Below, piece by piece: positions 57,801 through 64,000 of a DNA stretch of 64,000 nt. The notes below the pieces were generated by a model that made no database searches, was not told the DNA's origin, and was given only the letters and a program-made list of their open reading frames with translations. Made by a program: the position numbers and the translations under genes. Origin of the DNA: Mytilus trossulus (lineage: Eukaryota); the NCBI RefSeq assembly GCF_036588685.1, contig NC_086386.1:77996001-78060000 (forward strand), given 5' to 3'. Position 1 is the stretch's first letter. Every line of letters starts with the position of its first letter.

Positions 57801-60608
57801 TGTCGTTCAATGTGCATACAAACAATATTTTAATTTACGTATGCAATTTTAGCAAACGAGATTAAAAAATATAAATATTATACCCCTTATATTCTTTGGA
57901 ATAGTATCGTCTTCATACTTCTTTATTTCTAAGGCCAAATCTTCTATCTGCGTGGTAACTTTTTTGGTTATCAACTTCATGTCTTTACCTGGAATAGAAT
58001 CGTTTTAAAAGCATTTTCGACAAACATTTCATGTAAATAAAAGGTCCACAAAATATTATAAACCTGACAAACTTATTGCTAAACTACAATTAAAGTCATT
58101 TTTTTGGTGAAACGAGTTACTGGTGAAAAAAAATGGTTATCCAATTCTTAAAACAATGCATGTATATATCATAAACTTAGCTTTCTTGGCACGATTTTAT
58201 CATTTTGTGCGCAAATATATCGTATAACCGTCAATTATTTTATTCTCAATGTCTGTTATGATTTAACAAATATGGCAGCTCATTAAATGCAGTGTTTTGT
58301 CTCCGAGGTTTACCGATTGTCACCTTATAGTAAACATTCAACAAAAAACATGGAGATTGAGCACGTGTTTTACATGTACAATCAGATAATAGTTAATTTC
58401 AGTGACAGATCCATGCGTATTGCGAACACCGGATTTTTTTACGAGCAGGTTCACTCTAAATTTACTTTGCATAAGGAAAATATGTCGGTGAATTGCTTCC
58501 TGGTAGCAAGCAATTAGAAAACGTTAACTTCTTCTTCTAAATGTGGACAAATTAAAGAATTTTCTGTAGAAAAAAGTATATTTATATAAGTTTAATAATG
58601 AAAATTATCCATTTTGTTATAAAAAAACATATGCATAATTTTTTTTTTTAATTTTAGGTTTCATATGATTTGTTTTTACATTTCTATTCTTTTACAATAT
58701 AGAATAACATTACTTTCATTCACTCTTTTCTTAATTTAAATTCTGTGCAGTCGTTAGTTGTACTATAACACTAGATTGCAATGTACAATTAACTTAATTA
58801 ATAGTTTTAATAGAAATAAACAAGTGGCAAAAGAGAGTACTAGAAACAATCTTAAAGTACCTTCAATTGCCCTAAATGAAAAATGAAAAAGTATTATAAA
58901 CGTATATCGGGAAATAAATGTCTTTAGGTATGACAAGTGAGCCTTGTATTTTCAATCGAAGAGCAATTACTGAGTATTTGCAATATATTGTATTAATTGC
59001 CATAAATTTTCATAAAATGCTTGTTTCATGCGATATTGCATCCAAGCTGATACATTCTTCAACATCCAATTTTAAATAAATATGAGTGTAATCAAGGAAA
59101 CATTTTTGAAATATTTCTTTCTAGGAAAAACGTTCCGTACTTCACGTAAAACCTGAAGTCTTTTGGGGGATATAGATGAGCCTCAGCTTAATATGCTTAA
59201 ACAATAAGTTTCAATATCAGAAATGAGTTCAAATAATTTATATTATTAACTGATTTACCCACAACTAGTTGACATTTTAGTTGTAAAGTCGCAAAACATA
59301 TGTACGCTTTTCATTTGCGACAAGTTAATGGATAATGATTATAAAGGGATGGTTAATCGAAATGAGATGCACCAATTTTAATGCCAGTGCATACAAAAAC
59401 GATTGACTCGTGATTAGTCGTTTTCCTAAAACCGGACTTACATAAGAGGAAAATGTCACATTGTCTTATTTCTATCAAGAAATGATGTAGATGTATTTAT
59501 ACATAATTAATAATTTTGTTTAAGATTATAAAAATTACTGCTGCCATATAAATAACTGACATTTTAAAATATTTTCTGTCAAAGACAAAATATTTCAAAC
59601 GTAATATCTTCGACAAAAATTACGGATTGATATCAAAGACAAATTAGATTTCATTTGAGCACAATCTAAGACAACTTATTACCTTGTGCACTGCATTTAC
59701 TGTGAAGTAGAGTTATGGAAGTTTGAGTTATAGCTGTTTGTGATTTCAATGTCCCTATTTGATTAGAAATTTCGCCACGAAGTTCACACAGATCTTGCCG
59801 AATATAAGTTAAAATGTCTCTGTTGAGATTTATCTGACTCAAATCCTCAAATTTTGGTTTGTATTTCACTCCACCAATCCTGATGATTGCCTAATAAAAT
59901 AGAGAAACACATCAAGTTAGGATAAGTTTGGCTGAGAAAGTTTGCATCTTAGTAAATACACATTCTCTATATTTAGTAAAGGGAAACTTAAGAAAGGTAT
60001 TTTATAAATCATGCAAGCACCACCAACACTGGCAACTAAGCAGATATATATTTATTTTGGATTTATCATTTTGACTGTTTTATATTTTTTAGTTTTCTTT
60101 TACTTTTAAATTGATTGGGGGTTTATTTAAATGACCTTTCTGAAAGGAGAGGACAAAATGTCATTTGACTAAACTATACAATACAATACAACACAACACT
60201 ATAATATGCTTTATTTAAAAACAATCCGTCATATTAACATGTGCAACTAGAGTTGAATACATACAGATACAATCATATACAATCATAGAAACAAAAAAAC
60301 AAACTTTGAAACGGAATATATTAATAATTACTATACTTTAAATAATATACACGATGTAAATCTGTTCTAACATTTTACCTTAGTTATACAAATCCACATC
60401 GTGTTGAAGTCTTCATTGGATAATTCGTCTGTTTCAGTATGGGCCATAAAATTTCTATAGTATTTAATTCTAGCCAAATCTGCTCCATCGCTGGTTTCTG
60501 TAACTGGTGGTAGTTTGTCATAGCCAAGGCATGGTTGCAAGATATTTGTCATGTTCCTCAATAAGCATATCATTAGTGTAATATCGTAATTTTCTGATGA
60601 TGTTATGC
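50639..60608 (-). CDS. HEPN (DZIP3/hRUL138-like) - coiled coil - STAND NTPase (nSTAND3-like) - ankyrin repeat protein; 5' exon(s) not found; one frameshift at A8 run 51821-51828
   Basis: Exons on -: 60608-60379 (SSENYDITLMICLLRN...DLARIKYYRNFMAH), 59890-59683, 57988-57884 (...DTIPKNIR), 53624-50639. GT-AG with compatible phases. Walker A GSSGTGKS, Walker B VFVVDDICG, about 16 ankyrin repeats (xPLxxACxxGHxxxVxLLL). Confidence 0.85.
51805..53624 (-). CDS. STAND NTPase + first ankyrin repeats (last exon, before the frameshift)
   Basis: ORF 51805-53640; the acceptor aatag lies at 53625-53629. Confidence 0.85.
54326..57830 (-). mobile_element. Decayed Penelope-like retroelement (RT at ~57233-55770) in the intron of the HEPN-STAND-ANK gene
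   Basis: PLE-type RT motifs VVVPADKASNN, YWIPKLHKTP, FDFSTLYT, GILMGTNCAPLLADLFL, FRYIDDVL, YDKRDDF, YGVYISQLKRY, with frameshifts. Direct repeat 55598-55695 matches ~54490-54595 (pLTR-like). The left boundary is supported by other copies; the right boundary is approximate. Confidence 0.85.
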
Positions 60609-60999
60609 CTACAATGGAGAATAGAATTATAAAGACTTAAGAGATCACATTTAAAATTAAATAAATACGTTAACAGGAGCTTTTTAAGACGCATCTCTAA
60701 CGTGCAGTAAGCCACTCAGAAACTTATGACGATCACTTATCACATGACCCACTTTGTAAAATATCTCTTTGATTCATACAAAAAAAATATCTCTAAATCT
60801 CACAGTATCAAGATGCTTGATTACTTTATTGACAACATATTTATACGTTTAAAGGACGTGTTTTAGTCAAACAATCGGCAATATCATGGGAACCAATTGT
60901 GCATCCCTTCGTCTGACATGTTTCTTTATTCATCTGAAGATGATTTCATACAGGAAAATGTTAGCAGTATACTTTCCGCTCTCTATATATACACATCCA

Positions 61000-61527
61000 C
61001 ATCGGGACAGCTGCAGTACAGGCGATTTGGTATCACTTTATGTCAGTAGCATGTGTTCGAATCCCGTTTGGTTGATATTTAGACGAGTTGTATATACATA
61101 ATGTACACAGCCATGTTTCACCATCACTGCTGGTGATCCAATGGCTAAATCTGTTGTAGAGTTGTCACTGACTCAGACGTCCTTATAAATATAATTATTT
61201 TCTGTGACTGTATCTTACATTAATTTGTAGGATCCTTTACTATAGATAATGTAGCTGATCTGTAAGAATAACATCTTCACGCCTTATATATCATGTACTG
61301 TAGTATGACGCTAGATTAAAACTGACGTGGAAAGGTAACATCCGGCCACCGATTTTTTTATGAAGCCCAGGTGGTCGTGTTGTCTAGCAGGACGGCTACA
61401 GTGCAGGCGATTTGGTGTTACGATATCTCAGTAGCATGGTTCGAATCCCGGGGTGGGGGGAGGGAAAAAATAATGCGAAATCAAATTTACAGATCTAACA
61501 TTGTTGGGTTGATGTCTAGACGAGCTG
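61000..61527 (+). mobile_element. tRNA-related (Pol III A/B box) repeat, ~1.3 permuted units, flanked by direct repeat tatatacacatcca
   Basis: A-box-like tggtcgtgttgtcta and B-box ggttcgaatcc at 61365-61450; partial second head at 61004-61065; direct repeats at 60986-60999 and 61528-61541. Confidence 0.6.
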
Positions 61528-61902
61528 TATATACACATCCATATATACGAGTCTAAATTGAAAACTACGTTCAAATCTATGATTGCGTTGGATAAAAACC
61601 GCAATTTTTATACATGTGCATGTAAAACAAATTTCGTTGTAGAAGGGTCTAAAAACAGCACAAACAACATTTTTCAAAAGACCAGTGAAATAGTATATTT
61701 CAACAAAACTCATTTGACTAACAGGTCGAAAAACTGATGTTCTTTAACCCTGCTGCCTGCCATTGGCGATTGCTAAATAAAATTGATCACATTATGTAAC
61801 AAAATGGATCTTAATATAAATTTAATACTAAACAGAATTTTTTTTTTTAACTTGTGGCCAAATGTTATGCCACAAACACACGGTGTCAATATATTTTTTG
61901 TA

Positions 61903-61943
61903 CACCAGATCCGGATTTTGCAATAAATGTCTCTTCAGTGATG
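61903..61943 (-). ncRNA. Type I hammerhead ribozyme, mutated copy
   Basis: CAUCA CUGAAGA GACA UUUAU UG-C AAAA UCCGG AUC UGGUG: GAAA changed to AAAA and a 1-nt deletion in helix II; helix I fully paired. Confidence 0.65.
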
Positions 61944-62462
61944 TTAGGGATCGAAACGACATTTGGAAGGTCATATAAAAAATTCCCTCATTTTTAGAAA
62001 AAGTACCCTCATTTTTAGATAGACTTAAGCGTCAATATAGGATGAACGGATCATATAAACCGGAGGGAAAAAATGATACAAGCCCAAACGAAAAAATATA
62101 AACCAGTCTAAATTGAAAACTACGTTCAAACCTATGATTGCGTTGGATAAAAACTGCAATTTTTATACGTGTGCATGTAAAACAAATTTCGTTGTAGAAG
62201 GGTCTAAAAACAGCACAAACAACATTTTCCAAAAGACCAAAAAAGTGAAAAAGTATATTTAAACAAAACGCATTTGACTAACAGGTCGAACAACTGATGT
62301 TCTTTAACCCTGCTGCCTGCCATTGGCGATTGCTAAATAAAATTGATCACAAGATGTAAAAAAATGGATCTTAATATAAATTAACTACTAAACAGAATTT
62401 TTTTTTTAACTTGTGGCCACGATGTTATGCCACAAACACACGGTGTCAATATATTTTTAGTA

Positions 62463-62504
62463 CACTAGATCCGGATTTCGACAATAAATGTCTCTTCAGT
62501 GATG
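62463..62504 (-). ncRNA. Type I hammerhead ribozyme (intact catalytic core)
   Basis: CAUCA CUGAAGA GACA-UUUAU-UGUC GAAA UCCGG AUC^UAGUG: CUGANGA and GAAA core, 4-bp helix II, minimal palindromic helix III, helix I with one mismatch. Confidence 0.8.
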
Positions 62505-64000
62505 TTAGGGATTGAAACGGCATTTGAAAGGTCATATAAAAAGTACCCTCATTTTTAGAAAAAGTACCCTCATTTTTAGATAGACTTAAGAGTCAATATA
62601 GGATGAACGGATCATATAAACCGGAGAGAAAATATGATACAAGCCCAAACGGAAAAATATAAATGAGTCTAAATTGAAAACCACGTTCAAACCTATGATT
62701 GCGTTGGATAAAAACCGCAATTTTTTTACGTGTGCATGTCAAACAAATTTCGTTGTAGAAGGGTCTAAAAACAGCACAAACAACATTTTCCAAAAGACCA
62801 AAAAAGTGAAAAAGTATATTCAAACGCACATCCATATATATATATAGAGATGATGTTTTGTCACTAAATGATGTGATGACTCTGTTAAATGCATTTATGT
62901 GACCTATCGAATTAGACCAATTCTGGGTTTGTATTTATATGAACAACACGAATGGAGTTACATGTGGAGAAGGATCTGATTACCTTTCCGGAGGAGCACC
63001 TTCGATCACCTCCAGTTTTTGTGTGGTTCGTGTTGCTCAGTCTTTAGTTTTCTTTATTATATGTTGTGTACTTCTGTTGATTTATTGGTTTTATTCTTTT
63101 TAGCCATTATATGTTTTGTTTTATTTTCGACTGATGAGATTGAAATTCCCTCTGGTGCTATTCGTCTCTCATTAAGAGGGTAGTGCAAAGTTTGTGATTG
63201 TGGTCAAATGTAGCTCGAACTATAATATATTTTGCCAAATTAGATACCTAGATCATACAGTTGATAAAAGCCAGTGAGGAAAAGATGAAAACAAAATTCT
63301 ACGTTGCTAAAACTGGTTTCTTTATTAATCTCATTTAAAGACAGAGCTTGTGATTCCATGTTACTAGATACATACGCAGGATAATGAGGTCATCAACTTA
63401 ATGTAACAAAAAATGCAAATCATGTGTTAAATCTTCAAATAAGGAATGAATGGTTGCAAAACAGTCATTTAGAACAAAACTCAATCTCTAGTAGGTCTCT
63501 AATAAGACGACGGTATGTCATTAACGTATTAATAAGACATATCCGAAATAAACACCGGGTTTCGGAAAAGGCATTATGTGTGATATTTTTCAAAGTATCT
63601 GTCACGTCTCATCACAATAACATACATTTTATTAATGATTTTCATAATAGAAAAAGTCAACCACTTATGATGATTACCCTATTACCTTGATAAAAACCAA
63701 AGTTAATTACAAATAAGTTTATATTGATTACGATGTTATCTCAACCGTTTTAAACTTCAGTAAAATACGTGACTGATGTTTGTCATTAAACAACATTTTC
63801 CCATTCTTTATAAATTGTTGCTTCTGTTGCATAAAGTCAAGTCAAACGTATTAATACATGGTAAACACGGCCACTTTGTAGTGAATATATTATCACATTG
63901 CACTGTTATTTCATTACCGTTTGTTAGTATTGTGCCCTTTGGTTATAAAGATAAACGTCATGCGTGTTCGTCTTAACTGTGTTATATCTGTAGTAATGTG

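Larger units (their letters stand above)
61548..62826 (-). mobile_element. Retrozyme-like tandem repeat: ~2.3 copies of a ~560-bp unit with hammerhead ribozyme motifs, 14-bp TSD
   Basis: Unit starts at 61550, 62105 and 62666. Direct repeat cacatccatatata at 61534-61547 and 62827-62840. Confidence 0.85.
60800..62920 (+). pseudogene. Second, older Penelope-like RT fragment split by nested insertions (60800-60985 and 62840-62920)
   Basis: IKMLDYFIDNIF...MGTNCA...FR on the left and gatgatgttttgtcactaaat (DDVLSLN) on the right of the inserts. Confidence 0.65.

Noticed and set aside
58861-58871. 11-nt micro-exon candidate (ag|GGCAATTGAAG|gt) for the HEPN-STAND gene
   Set aside because: Would break the frame that already links 59683 to 57988.
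61365-61460. tRNA gene
   Set aside because: A and B boxes are present, but I could not form a canonical cloverleaf, and it lies in a repeated, TSD-flanked unit; treated as a tRNA-derived repeat.
63300-64000. Missing first exon of the HEPN-STAND-ANK gene
   Set aside because: I found no open phase-1 exon with HEPN N-terminal character; it probably lies beyond the window or is lost.

Overview
AT-rich eukaryotic genomic DNA with spliceosomal GT-AG introns. The repeat families and gene architectures suggest a bivalve mollusc, probably Mytilus (inference, not tested). Four protein genes can be reconstructed by hand. (1) A 5'-incomplete PCF11 (mRNA cleavage/polyadenylation factor) on +, with 13 exons from 3686 to 21778 and a long 3' UTR. 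(2) A six-exon orphan single-pass membrane/coiled-coil gene on - (32331 to 26544, about 267 aa) that the ORF track shows only in fragments. (3) An intronless TRIM (RING, two B-boxes, coiled coil, beta-propeller) E3 ligase on + (33492-35513), with a decayed paralogue at 46.2-46.8 kb. (4) A 5'-incomplete HEPN (DZIP3/hRUL138-like)-coiled coil-STAND NTPase-ankyrin gene on - (60608 to 50639), with one homopolymer frameshift. Mobile DNA includes a full-length decayed CR1/L2-type LINE (35.9-41.5 kb), a Penelope-like RT element in an intron (54.3-57.8 kb), many MITEs, HINE-like elements, SINE fragments and minisatellites. The most notable items are a TSD-flanked 2.3-mer of a ~560-bp unit carrying type I hammerhead ribozyme motifs (retrozyme-like, 61548-62826), the NLR/Avs-like HEPN-STAND-ANK gene, the hidden membrane-protein gene, and several oddities inside PCF11 introns (duplicated splice acceptors and an AATAAA/GU-rich minisatellite).
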